Virus record (IMG/VR): IMGVR_UViG_3300022752_000020
Coordinates: 32,001-96,000 of that record
Strand: one strand, 5' to 3'
Origin: a virus
Length of the DNA stretch: 64,000 bases
The position numbers were made by a program, and so were the translations under genes. Below are positions 1 to 15,000 of the stretch, piece after piece; the stretch's first letter is position 1; every line of letters begins with the position of its first letter. The notes under the pieces are model-generated. The model searched no databases. It was not told the origin of the DNA and worked only from the letters and a program-made list of their open reading frames with translations.

Positions 1-3000
1 AGAGCAGGAGCAGTGCCATCAGTCTCTATGTATGTACAAGTGACTGCATAGTATGTTGTTTGGTTGCTAACAGCAGTTACACGGCCAATTAATCGTTTTG
101 TTGGGTCACCGTTTACAAACAGGCTTAATGTGCCAAAATAACTACTGCTTGTACCAAATCCACTTAATGAGCTTAACCAGCTAGTTGTTGTATTTCCATC
201 AGCATTACTATTGTTTAGATATACAACAAAGTTTGTGCCAGCTGTCCAACTTGTGCTTATTCTAACCTTATTAGCTGTTGTTCCTGCTGCTGTTGATGAT
301 GAATCAAATAACCAATCTTGGCTATAGCCGCCAGCTGTACCATATATACCTTGTATACCCTGTTGTCCTTGGATACCCTGTTGTCCTTGGATACCTTGGA
401 TACCCTGTTGTCCTTGGATACCTTGACTACTAATTTGTTGCCAAGATGTTGATGATGACTGTGGATATCCTGTTGCTGTATTAGCATTATTTGTACTTGT
501 ATGAGCAGTTACGCAGATCCAGCTTGTGCCTTGATAGAACACCATATCATTTACAGCATATACTGTTGCTGCAAATGTTGTAGTATAACTACTCCAATTT
601 CCTTTCCAAGTTACACCAAAACCTTGTATACCCTGAATACCCTGTACACCTTGTACACCCTGTACACCCTGTACACCCTGTACACCCTGTACACCTTGTA
701 CACCTTGTACACCCTGTACGCCTTGTACTCCTTGTACTCCTTGGATACCCTGAATACCTTGACTGGTCATCTGGCTCCAATATGTACTGTTAATTATAAG
801 TGTCTTGTTAACATTATCAAATACAGCAGGTCTAATATTAAAGAATACTGTTGCACCATTACTATGGCTTGCTGCTATTGTTGAACTTGCACCTCTAGTT
901 AATCCATTTAGAGTGTTGACTGATTTACTAGTATATGTGATATACTCATTATCAATAACAATTTGACCTGAACTTGGGAAAGCACTGGCATTAGTCAATA
1001 CAATTGATGTTGAACTTGCTGTTATTGCTCCGTTTAATGTTGTACTTGTGCTACTGAATGATCCATTTGAGAATGGGTAAACAGCAATATATGAAGCACC
1101 ATCATAGAATACAATATCATTTTGAGTGTATGTAGTAGAAGTATTGAAAATACCTCTATAAGTTACACCAAGACCTTGAATACCCTGTACGCCTTGTACG
1201 CCTTGTACGCCTTGTACGCCTTGTACGCCTTGAATACCCTGTACGCCTTGTACGCCTTGTACACCCTGTACACCCTGTACACCTTGTACACCTTGTACAC
1301 CTTGAACGCCCTGTACACCTTGTACGCCCTGTACGCCCTGTACACCTTGAATACCTTGAATACCCTGTGAACCTGCTAGCTCCCATCTTTCTAAATCAGA
1401 CTCGGGACTTGGACCAATTGCATTATAAATTGTACTTGTATGATAATTAGGAACATAAGTTGGGAGATAGAAACTAATACCTGTACTTGTACCTGCTGTA
1501 CTGGTTATAGTTGCTCCATCTGCTCTAAATGTAATTGCTCCATTAGTTGTTGCTGAAGTGCTTATGGTAATTTGAGTAGCACTATCTACACTAACAATAG
1601 TTGGGGCTCCATTGAAAACACCAGTACCTGATGTTTTGGTTAAAACCATTCCAGCATATAACAATGTTGTACTGGCTAATCCAGTTATTGTTGTACCAGT
1701 TAATGTACCTGTTAAGTTGGTTCTTGGTGCAGTTAAACTCAGTGTTACTGTAGTACGGCCAGCACTAGGTGTGTTAACAGCAGCAGTCTTGACATAGTAT
1801 ATTACTCCTGTGCTTGAATAGCCTTGTAATACTCCTGTACCAGTCTTGGTATTAATACCATATAAGACCTGACCTACAGCAGCAGCACTTGTTGGATTAT
1901 CAAAGCTGATTTGACCACTACTTAGTATTGATACATTGGCCAATAACTGTGGTGTATATTGTGACAAGCTAACATATGTACTACCCAAGTGTGAAACCAT
2001 ATCACTAACAGCATAGTCATTCTCTGGCTTCCAAACACCACGCCACTTAAAGCCTGAACCTTGAATACCTTGTTGACCTTGTACACCTTGAACGCCTTGT
2101 ACGCCCTGTACACCCTGTACGCCCTGTACACCTTGTACGCCCTGTACGCCCTGAACACCTTGGACACCTTGACGTCCTTGTACGCCTTGAACACCTTGAA
2201 CGCCTTGTACGCCTTGAACACCTTGAACGCCTTGGACACCTTGTACGCCCTGAACACCTTGAACGCCTTGGACACCTTGTACGCCCTGAACACCTTGAAC
2301 GCCCTGTACACCCTGTACACCTTGTACACCCTGTACACCTTGCACACCCTGTACACCTTGTACACCCTGTGTAGTTAATTGATTCCAATATGTAGTATTG
2401 ACATAGAAACCACTGGTATTTGGTGTACCATATGCAGGTCTTGTATCTAATAATACCCTTGCACCATTGCTATGTGTTGATGCTGTAGTTCCTTGATATC
2501 CTCTTGTTGTTATAGTTAATGTATTACCTACTATACCATTATACAACATTCTTTCAGCAGTAGCAGGCATTGAGTCTATTGATGCTGCACTGGCTACACG
2601 AATTACACCGCTAGTTGGGAATCCTACTACACTTGTTAATGTTATAGTACTCTGATTTATAGTTGTGATAGCAGCACTTAATGTTGTACTTATGTCACCT
2701 CTAAATGTCCCACTTGAGAATGGATAAACAACAACATAACTTGATCCATCATAGTATACAACGTCGTTTTGAGTATAGTCATAATTATTAACATAGGTGC
2801 CTCTCCAAGTAAAGCTTAAACCTTGAATACCTTGTACACCCTGTACTCCTTGTACACCTTGTACACCCTGTACTCCTTGTACACCCTGTGCTCCTTGTAC
2901 ACCTTGTACACCCTGTACACCTTGTACACCCTGTACGCCCTGTACACCTTGTATGCCTTGAATACCTTGGCTTGTTAATTGATTCCAGTAAGTTGTATTA

Positions 3001-6000
3001 ACTATTAGTTGTTTTGTACCTGCATTGTATATTGAAGGTCTTGTGTTCAACCAAACTGTAGCACCATTATTATGGCTTGCTGCTACAGTACCGTCGGCAG
3101 CCCTTGTTAATCCGCTTAAGGTATTTGAGGTCTTTGTAGTGTATGTAACATATTCATTATCAATAACTACCTGACCTGAGCTTGGGAATAAGCTAGCATC
3201 AGTTAATACTATTGATGTTGAACCTGCTGTAAGAGCTCCGTTTAATGTAGTACTAGTATTACCAAATGATCCGTTAGTATATGGATATACAGCAACAAAT
3301 GCAGCACCATCATAGAATACAATATCATTTTGAGCATAGCTTCCAGAAGTTGTCCAATTACCTTTGAATACTAATCCAAATCCTTGGATACCTTGTATAC
3401 CTTGTGTACCCTGTACGCCCTGTACACCCTGTACACCTTGAACTCCTTGAACTCCTTGAACTCCTTGAACTCCTTGAACACCTTGAACACCCTGAATACC
3501 TTGTGTACCTTGAACACCCTGTAGACCCTGTACACCCTGTACACCCTGTACACCCTGAATACCTTGAATACCTTGTGTACCTTGAACACCCTGTACACCT
3601 TGACGACCCTGTACACCTTGTACACCTTGGATACCCTGAATACCTTGGATACCCTGCGTACCTTGAACACCTTGAACACCTTGTACTCCTTGTGTACCTT
3701 GTACACCCTGTACACCTTGTACGCCTTGAACGCCCTGTACACCTTGAACACCCTGTACACCCTGTACACCCTGTACACCCTGTACACCCTGTACACCTTG
3801 TACGCCTTGTACACCTTGAATACCTTGACGTCCTTGTACACCTTGTACACCTTGTACTCCTTGTACACCCTGAATACCTTGTACGCCTTGTACACCTTGT
3901 ACACCTTGTACACCTTGGACACCCTGTACACCTTGTACACCTTGAACGCCCTGTACGCCTTGTACGCCTTGTACGCCTTGTACACCCTGTACGCCTTGAA
4001 TACCTTGTTGACCCGCAGGCTGGAAGCTGATTCCTAATTTTTGTCCAACTATTGGTGGTGTTCCTGCACTATCAACAAATGTTAATTGTAGTCTAAAATA
4101 ACTTGCATAATCAAATACTGTGGTTATAACACCTGTCCAACGCTGTAAAGTAGCACCTTCTGGCATAATTGTTATAACACCAAAATAACTACTTGAACTA
4201 CCAAAGAACTTAATAGAATTTACCCAAGCTGCACGATCTTGTCCATCAGCATCGTATTTGTCAAGATTAACGTATACTTGGCCACCGGTTTGATCTGTCC
4301 AAGCACGCTCAATTGTAACATTACCTACTCCTGGATCGCCAATAGCTGTACTATTGCTCCAAGCATAATTAGCTGTATAACCACCAGGAGTACCAATAAT
4401 ACCTTGTATACCTTGTACGCCTTGTATACCCTGAGTACCTTGTATACCTTGTATACCTTGTACACCTTGTATGCCTTGTATACCTTGTGTTCCTTGTACT
4501 CCTTGAACACCTTGGACTCCTTGGACTCCTTGAACACCCTGTATGCCCTGTATACCTTGAATGCCCTGTATGCCCTGTATGCCTTGAATACCCTGAACAC
4601 CTTGAGCACTAATGATCAACCATGGAACAGCTTTAAATGTTAATCCTGTTAAGCTACCTGTTCCAGTTGTTAAGATTGAAGCTACAGCAAATTGACTTCG
4701 TCCAAGGCTAAATGTTGTAGTTGGATTATTTGGATAATCAATTACATAATAATCATTATCAATTTTATCGCCAGCAGCATAAAAGGTTGGAGCTAGTGCA
4801 GGACTATCTGGATTCTCAATGGTAAATCCAACTGGTACTATACCACTTACTCTAATAATTTCTGATTTATAAATGTCTACTGGATTACAACTGAATTGAC
4901 CATTTCCAGTTAAGCTAACATTTGATAAAGGTACAGTTTGACCAGGAATTTGACCTACATTTACATAGGCGCCACCGGTATAAGTTTCATCACCATATGT
5001 ACTAGTATATGCTGATCCATTATAATATACAGAATCATTCTTAATGTATCTTGAAATTGAGCTCCACTCACCTAAGAATGTAAATCCTTCACCTTTAGTG
5101 CCTTGGAAGCCTTGTACACCTTGGATACCCTGAATACCTTGGATACCCTGCGTACCTTGAACACCTTGAACACCTTGTACTCCTTGTGTACCTTGTACAC
5201 CCTGTACACCTTGTACACCTTGTACGCCTTGAACACCCTGTACTCCTTGTACACCTTGAACACCCTGTACGCCTTGTACACCTTGAACACCCTGTACGCC
5301 TTGTACACCTTGAATACCTTGAATACCTTGGACGCCTTGGATACCTTGATTGCCTTGTACGCCTTGTACGCCCTGTACACCCTGTACGCCTTGAACGCCC
5401 TGTAGACCCTGTACACCTTGTACACCTTGAACACCTTGTACGCCTTGAACACCTTGTACACCTTGAATACCTTGGACGCCTTGGACGCCTTGGACGCCTT
5501 GGACGCCTTGGACGCCTTGATTGCCTTGTACGCCTTGTACGCCTTGTATACCCTGAATACCTTGTGTACCTTGTACGCCTTGTACGCCTTGTACGCCTTG
5601 AACGCCTTGTACACCTTGTACACCCTGTACGCCTTGGACGCCTTGGACGCCTTGGACGCCTTGGACGCCTTGGACGCCTTGGACGCCTTGTAAACCTTGG
5701 CTGCTCATTAAATTCCAATAGGCTGTATTATCTAAAGTAGGCTCTTGACCATTCCACGAACCTAAAGTGCTTACTCCTATCCAACTAGATCCTTTATAGG
5801 ATACAACATCATTAAAATTATATGTTGTAGTAGAATTATAAATTCCTCTCCAAAGAATACTGAATCCCTGTATACCTTGAACACCTTGAACACCCTGTAC
5901 GCCTTGGACGCCTTGAACACCTTGGACGCCTTGTACGCCTTGTATACCCTGTACGCCCTGTACGCCCTGTACACCTTGACGTCCTTGTACACCTTGTACA

Positions 6001-9000
6001 CCTTGTACGCCTTGTACGCCTTGTACGCCTTGGACACCTTGAACACCTTGAACACCTTGAACACCCTGTACGCCCTGTACGCCCTGTACGCCCTGTACGC
6101 CTTGAACACCTTGTACGCCTTGGATGCCTTGGATGCCTTGGACACCTTGGACACCTTGGATGCCTTGAGCAGATACTTGATTCCAATAAGTTAGTGAAGT
6201 TAAAGGTATATTTCCTAAATTATTAGATTGAATAGCTATATAGGAACCACCACTGTAATAGACTACATCATTGATAGTATAACTTAAATTGGCTAGCCAA
6301 TCACCTCGCCATGTAATTCCAACACCTTGAATACCCTGTACACCCTGTACACCCTGTACGCCTTGTACGCCTTGTACGCCTTGTACGCCTTGTACGCCTT
6401 GTACGCCTTGTACGCCTTGTACGCCTTGTACACCTTGTACGCCTTGTACACCTTGGATACCCTGACGACCCTGTACACCTTGAACGCCCTGTACACCTTG
6501 GACACCTTGAACGCCCTGTAGACCCTGTACACCTTGTACACCTTGTACACCTTGTACACCTTGGATACCCTGAATACCTTGGATACCCTGAATACCTTGA
6601 TCACCCTGTACGCCTTGTACACCCTGTACACCCTGTACACCCTGTACACCTTGTACACCTTGAACGCCTTGAACGCCTTGAACGCCTTGTACGCCTTGTA
6701 CGCCTTGTACACCTTGTACACCTTGAATACCCTGTACACCCTGTACGCCTTGTACACCCTGTACGCCCTGTACTCCTTGTACACCCTGTATACCTTGAAT
6801 ACCCTGAATACCTTGATCGCCCTGTACGCCTTGTACACCTTGTACGCCCTGTACTCCTTGAATACCCTGAATGCCTTGGATACCCTGAATACCTTGATCA
6901 CCCTGTACACCTTGAACGCCTTGTACACCTTGAATGCCTTGAATACCCTGTATACCTTGAATGCCCTGTATGCCTTGGATACCTTGGCTAGCCAAGGTAT
7001 CCCAAACAGTTGATCCTACTGTAGGTATATTACCTAGATTAACTGTTTCACTTACGCTGATCCAAGAACTGCCGTTATAAAATACAGCATCATTTTTAAT
7101 GTATTCCTTGGTTACATCGTACATTCCTCTCCAAGTTACACCGCCACCTTGAATACCCTGTTGTCCTTGTACACCTTGGATACCTTGTACACCTTGTACA
7201 CCTTGTACACCTTGTACACCTTGAACGCCTTGTACACCTTGTACACCTTGAATACCTTGAATACCCTGTATTCCCTGTATACCTTGGTCACCCTGTACGC
7301 CTTGTACACCTTGTACACCTTGAATGCCCTGTATACCCTGTACGCCTTGGATACCTTGATCACCTTGTACGCCTTGTACACCTTGTACACCTTGTACACC
7401 TTGAACGCCCTGTATACCTTGGATACCTTGGACACCCTGTAGACCTTGGACTCCCTGTAGACCTTGTACACCTTGGATGCCCTGTATACCTTGAATACCT
7501 TGAATACCTTGATCACCCTGTACGCCTTGTACACCTTGTACACCTTGAATACCCTGGATACCTTGGATGCCCTGTATACCTTGATCACCCTGTACACCCT
7601 GTACACCTTGTACGCCTTGTACACCTTGTACACCTTGTACACCCTGTACACCTTGGATACCTTGAATACCTTGGATACCCTGTATACCTTGATCACCTTG
7701 TACACCTTGTACACCTTGAACGCCTTGAATACCCTGTACACCCTGTACACCCTGTACACCCTGTACACCCTGTACGCCTTGAATACCCTGTACGCCTTGG
7801 ATACCTTGAACACCCTGACTAGCTAATCTTTCCCAATAACCATCGTTATCTTGTGGTCCTGGAATTGCTGCTGGATCATTTATTCCTTTTGGAACTCCCT
7901 CGACTCCAGAATAACGTACTATCCAACTATTGCCGTCATAGAATACAACTTCGTTTTGGAAATATGTAGTATTAAAATCATAATATCCACGCCAAATGAC
8001 ACCAAATCCTTGGATACCTTGAACGCCCTGTACTCCCTGTACACCTTGAATACCTTGGGTACCTTGTACACCTTGTACACCTTGAATACCTTGAACGCCC
8101 TGTATACCCTGTACACCTTGGATACCTTGTAAGCCCTGTACACCTTGGATGCCTTGTACGCCTTGAACGCCCTGTATACCTTGAATGCCCTGTACACCTT
8201 GTACACCTTGTAAGCCCTGTACACCTTGGATGCCTTGTACGCCTTGAACGCCCTGTATACCTTGAATGCCCTGTATACCTTGATCGCCTTGTACACCCTG
8301 TACACCTTGAATACCCTGTACACCTTGAATACCTTGTGTACCTTGTATACCTTGTGTACCTTGTATACCTTGAAGGCCTTGGACGCCTTGTATACCCTGA
8401 ATACCTTGTACGCCTTGTACACCTTGTACGCCTTGTACACCTTGTACGCCTTGTACACCTTGGATACCTTGTACACCTTGTACGCCTTGTACACCTTGTA
8501 CGCCTTGTATACCCTGAATACCTTGTGTACCTTGTACACCTTGTACGCCTTGTACGCCTTGAACGCCTTGTACACCTTGTACACCTTGAACACCCTGTAC
8601 GCCTTGAACGCCTTGGACGCCTTGGACGCCTTGTGTACCTTGTACACCTTGGACGCCTTGTACACCTTGTACGCCTTGTACACCTTGGACACCTTGTACA
8701 CCTTGGACACCTTGTACACCTTGGACGCCTTGGATGCCTTGTACGCCTTGTACGCCTTGTACGCCCTGTACACCTTGTACACCTTGTACGCCTTGTACAC
8801 CTTGAACGCCTTGTACGCCTTGTACGCCTTGTAAACCTTGGGCAGTCATTCTAGCCCAATATGTGCTATTTAGAGTTCCTGGCTCTCCATATACTCCAAT
8901 AACCTCAGGTACCTCACCACTAAACTGACTTCCAGGTACATCATATGGATCAATTGGCCAAACAGCAATAAAACTAGTACCATTATAATAAACTACATCA

Positions 9001-12000
9001 TTTTGTTGGTACTGTGCAGCATTATTATAAATGCCTTTCCATACAATACTAAAGCCTTGAATACCTTGAACGCCCTGTACACCTTGGACTCCTTGGACTC
9101 CTTGGATACCTTGCAATCCTTGGACACCCTGTATACCCTGTACACCTTGTACACCCTGAGCAGCAATGATATCCCAATCTGAACCTAATGTTACTGGAGG
9201 CAGATTTCCTAAATTATCCATAATTAAGGATACATAGGATTCCCCATTATATCTTACAGCATCATTCTTAGCATAAGATTCTGTTGGGACCCATTGACCA
9301 CGCCAATTAAATCCAAGACCTTGAATACCTTGTTGACCCTGTACACCCTGTACACCTTGAACGCCCTGCACACCTTGAACGCCCTGCACACCCTGTGTTC
9401 CTTGTACGCCTTGAACACCCTGTACGCCTTGAACACCTTGTATACCTTGTGTACCTTGGATACCTTGTTGTCCTAGTACACCTTGAATACCTTGTACACC
9501 TTGAACGCCTTGTAAACCTTGAATACCCTGTATACCTTGGTCACCCTGTACACCTTGTACGCCTTGTACGCCCTGTACACCTTGGATACCTTGGATGCCC
9601 TGTATACCTTGATCACCCTGTACACCTTGAACACCTTGAACACCTTGAACACCCTGTACACCTTGAATACCCTGTATTCCCTGTATACCTTGGTCACCCT
9701 GTACACCTTGAACACCCTGTACACCCTGTACACCTTGGATACCTTGAATACCTTGGATACCTTGATCACCCTGTACACCTTGTACACCTTGTACGCCTTG
9801 TACACCCTGTACACCCTGTACGCCTTGTACACCCTGTACGCCTTGTACACCCTGTACGCCCTGTACGCCTTGTACACCCTGTACGCCTTGAACGCCTTGA
9901 ACGCCTTGAACGCCTTGGACGCCTTGGACACCTTGTGCTGTCATGCGCTCCCAATAAGTATCATTTACATCGCCTGGACTAAATTCTGGAACTTGATTAC
10001 TAAACTTTCCATAAGGAGATGTTAGACTAATTGGATAAACAGCAATAAAACTATTACCGTCATAATAAACTACATCATTTTGTGAATACTCTACGTCTGG
10101 TTGCCAAATACCACGCCATGTAAAGCTAAAACCTTGAATACCCTGTACACCCTGTACGCCTTGTACGCCTTGTACACCTTGAACACCCTGTACACCTTGG
10201 ATACCTTGTACACCTTGGATACCTTGTACACCTTGTAAGCCCTGTACACCTTGAATACCTTGATCACCCTGTACACCCTGTACACCCTGCACACCCTGTA
10301 TACCCTGTACACCCTGTACACCCTGTACACCCTGTACACCTTGGATACCTTGGATACCTTGGATACCTTGGATACCTTGGATACCTTGGATACCTTGATC
10401 ACCTTGGACACCTTGTACACCCTGTATGCCTTGTATGCCTTGGATACCTTGGATACCTTGAATACCCTGAATACCTTGATCGCCCTGTACACCTTGAACG
10501 CCTTGGACACCTTGAATACCCTGAATACCTTGGATACCTTGGATACCTTGATCACCCTGTACACCCTGTACACCCTGTACACCCTGTACACCCTGTACAC
10601 CTTGGATACCTTGAATACCTTGGATACCTTGGATACCTTGATCACCCTGTACGCCTTGTACTCCTTGTACACCCTGTACTCCTTGTACACCCTGTATACC
10701 TTGAATACCCTGAATACCTTGATCGCCCTGTACACCCTGTACACCCTGTACACCTTGTACACCCTGTACACCCTGTACACCCTGTACACCCTGTACACCT
10801 TGTACACCTTGTACACCCTGTACACCTTGGATACCTTGAATACCTTGGGTACCTTGGATACCTTGTATACCTTGAACAGCTAACCTATTCCAGTAAGTAT
10901 CATTTAATGTACCTGGCTCACCATTATTTCCTATGTATTCTGGAACTTGACCACTAAATTTACTACCTTCTAGGTCATAAAAATCAATTGGATATACAGC
11001 AATATAACTACTACCATTAAAATAGACTACATCATTTTGTTGATATGAAGCTGTAGAATCGTAAGGACCTTTCCATACTAGGCTAAAACCTTGGATACCT
11101 TGGACACCTTGAACGCCCTGTACTCCCTGTACACCTTGAATACCTTGGGTACCTTGAATGCCTTGAATACCTTGGATACCTTGGATACCTTGGATACCTT
11201 GAATACCTTGATCACCTTGGACACCTTGAACGCCCTGTACGCCCTGTACGCCCTGTACACCTTGTATGCCTTGAATACCTTGAACACCCTGTACACCTTG
11301 AATACCTTGAACACCCTGTACACCCTGTACACCTTGAATACCTTGGATGCCCTGTATACCTTGATCACCCTGTACACCTTGTACACCTTGAATACCTTGG
11401 ATGCCCTGTATACCTTGGATGCCCTGTATACCTTGATCACCCTGTACGCCTTGTACGCCCTGTACGCCTTGTACGCCCTGTATACCTTGGATGCCCTGTA
11501 TACCTTGATCGCCTTGTACACCCTGTACACCTTGGACACCTTGGACACCCTGAATACCTTGGATTCCCTGTACACCTTGTACGCCTTGTACGCCCTGCAC
11601 ACCTTGGATACCTTGTACACCTTGTACACCTTGTACACCTTGTACACCTTGTACGCCTTGGATACCTTGTATACCTTGATCACCTTGGACGCCTTGAACA
11701 CCTTGAACGCCTTGTACGCCTTGAACACCTTGAACGCCTTGTACACCTTGTACACCTTGTACGCCTTGTACACCTTGTACGCCTTGTACACCTTGTACAC
11801 CTTGTACACCCTGTAGACCTTGGATACCCTGTGCGGTCATCCTATTCCAGTATGTTGTATTAACTACTCCTGGATAGCCTGCTCCTGGTTCGCTTAATAA
11901 TGGACGAGTAGCCTCGCCACTAAATGTGTTGTTTACATCACCTGTGATGGCAATAAATGTATTACCATCATAGTAAACCATATCATCTGTTGAATACTTC

Positions 12001-15000
12001 TCAGTTGGACTCCAATCACCTTTCCAAACTGGGCCACGACCTTGGATACCTTGGACACCTTGAATACCTTGAATACCCTGTAATCCTTGAATACCCTGAA
12101 TACCCTGTACACCTTGAATACCTTGATCGCCTTGTATGCCTTGTACACCCTGTATACCTTGAATGCCTTGTACACCTTGAATGCCTTGTACACCCTGTAC
12201 ACCTTGAATACCTTGTACGCCTTGTATACCCTGTACACCTTGTATACCTTGATCACCCTGTACACCTTGAACGCCCTGTATACCTTGAACACCCTGTACA
12301 CCCTGTACACCCTGTACACCTTGAACACCCTGTACACCTTGAATGCCTTGTATACCCTGTACGCCTTGTATACCTTGATCACCCTGTACACCCTGTACAC
12401 CTTGTACGCCTTGTACACCTTGAATACCTTGTATACCCTGTACGCCTTGTATACCTTGATCGCCTTGGACGCCCTGTACACCTTGGACGCCCTGTACACC
12501 TTGAATACCTTGGATGCCCTGAATACCTTGTATACCTTGATCGCCTTGGACGCCCTGTACACCTTGGACGCCCTGTACACCTTGAATACCTTGGATGCCC
12601 TGAATACCTTGTATACCTTGATCGCCTTGGACGCCCTGTACACCTTGTACGCCTTGCACACCTTGTACACCTTGTACACCTTGTACACCTTGTACGCCTT
12701 GAACTCCTTGTACACCTTGTACACCTTGCAAGCCCTGTATACCTTGACTTACAATCATATCCCAAGCACGAGGATCAAAAACTAGATCTGGTTGTTTACC
12801 TATATTACCATCATATAAGCTATTGTAAGCACTACCATTATAAAATACGGCATCGTTCGTAAAGTAGGTTGCTGTTGGATCCCAAACACCTTTCCAGTTA
12901 AATCCAAGACCCTGAATACCCTGTATACCTTGTATACCCTGTATACCTTGTGTACCTTGAATACCCTGGATACCTTGGATGCCCTGTATACCTTGATCGC
13001 CTTGGACACCCTGTACACCCTGTACACCCTGTACACCCTGTACACCCTGTACACCCTGTACACCCTGTACACCTTGTACGCCCTGTATACCTTGAATACC
13101 CTGTACACCTTGTATACCTTGATCGCCTTGGACGCCCTGTACACCCTGCACACCCTGCACACCCTGTATACCTTGTATACCTTGGATACCCTGTATACCT
13201 TGATCGCCTTGGACGCCCTGTACACCCTGTACACCTTGAACACCCTGTACACCTTGAACACCCTGTACACCCTGTACACCTTGAACGCCCTGTACGCCTT
13301 GCACGCCCTGTACACCCTGTACACCTTGAACGCCCTGTACACCCTGTACACCTTGCAAGCCTTGAATACCTTGGCTTGCTAATAGTTCCCAATATGTGTC
13401 ATTATATTCTGGGCCTGGTACCGTTGTTGGGTCTTGTATTCCAGGAGTAAGACCATCCACATCCTTGTTAATAACAATCCAACTTGCACCGTTGTAGAAT
13501 ACTACCTCATTTTGATAATACCTTGTATTAAAGTCATATTGGCCTCGCCAAATTAGACCAAAACCTTGAATACCTTGAATACCTTGAATACCTTGTACGC
13601 CTTGTATTCCCTGTTGACCTTGAACGCCCTGTACACCTTGTACACCTTGTACACCTTGAACGCCCTGTACACCTTGTACACCTTGTACGCCTTGTACGCC
13701 TTGTACGCCTTGTACGCCTTGTACACCTTGTACACCTTGTACACCTTGTACACCTTGTACGCCTTGTACGCCTTGAATACCTTGGGCACTCATTAATGAC
13801 CAATGAGCATCCTCTGTCACTGGCCATTCTGGTGGTTCATTATTGAAATTGTTATCGTGTAAACTAATCCAGCTGCTACCTCTGTGGTAAACAACATGAT
13901 TAGTGTAATATGCTACATTTGGATACCACTGACCTTGCCATAAAATACTGAAACCTTGGATACCCTGTATACCCTGTATACCTTGTACGCCTTGAATACC
14001 CTGTATACCTTGTATACCTTGATCACCTTGTATACCCTGTACACCCTGTACACCCTGTACGCCTTGTACACCTTGGACTCCTTGTACACCCTGTACGCCT
14101 TGTATACCTTGTACACCCTGTACGCCTTGTATACCTTGTACACCCTGAGCAGCAACAATATCCCAATCTGTTCCAAGATATAAATCAGGTTGTTTGCCTT
14201 GATTAAATCTTGTCAAACTTACATAACTGAAACCATTATAGTAAACGGTATGATTTATATCATAGACACCATCTACGCTCCAAGTGCCTTTCCATTGGAA
14301 GCCAACACCTTGAATACCCTGTACGCCTTGTACGCCTTGTACACCTTGTATGCCTTGTACGCCCTGTACACCTTGAACGCCTTGGATACCCTGACTGGTC
14401 GATTTTTCCCAATTATTACTACCAAAATATGGTCTATTATTAATATTATTATCAGTGATACTTACCCAGCTACCACCATCATAATAAACCATATCTCCAA
14501 TAAAATATTCAGCAGTAGGAGCCCAGTATCCTTTCCATAAAATACTGCGTCCTTGAATACCTTGAATACCCTGGATACCTTGTAAGCCTAAGTCACCCTG
14601 TAAACCCTGTGTACCTTGTGGTCCCTGTGGTCCCTGTGGTCCTAAGCGACCTTGTATACCTTGAATACCCTGTGGTCCTTGGGCTGTCATTATCTGCCAA
14701 TAAGCACTACCTACAAATGGAGCAGGTTGTCCTTGATTGGGCTGTAGAGCTACCCATGATCCACCATTATAATATACAACATCATTAAAGCTATATGTTT
14801 CGCCTGCTTGCCAAAGACCACGCCATACAAAGCCTAAACCTTGAATACCTTGTTGACCTTGTATACCTTGACGACCTTGAATACCTTGTGGACCAAGACC
14901 ACCTTGTATACCCTGTATACCCTGTATACCCTGTATACCCTGTAGACCACCACCACTAGTAATAGCAGCATAACCAGCTTGTGGACTGGAAAATACAACA

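Noticed and set aside
345-14950. Repeat-spacer alternation suggesting a CRISPR-like or non-coding array
   Set aside because: Spacers are 150-680 bp, homologous at protein level and in frame; the repeats vary at synonymous positions.
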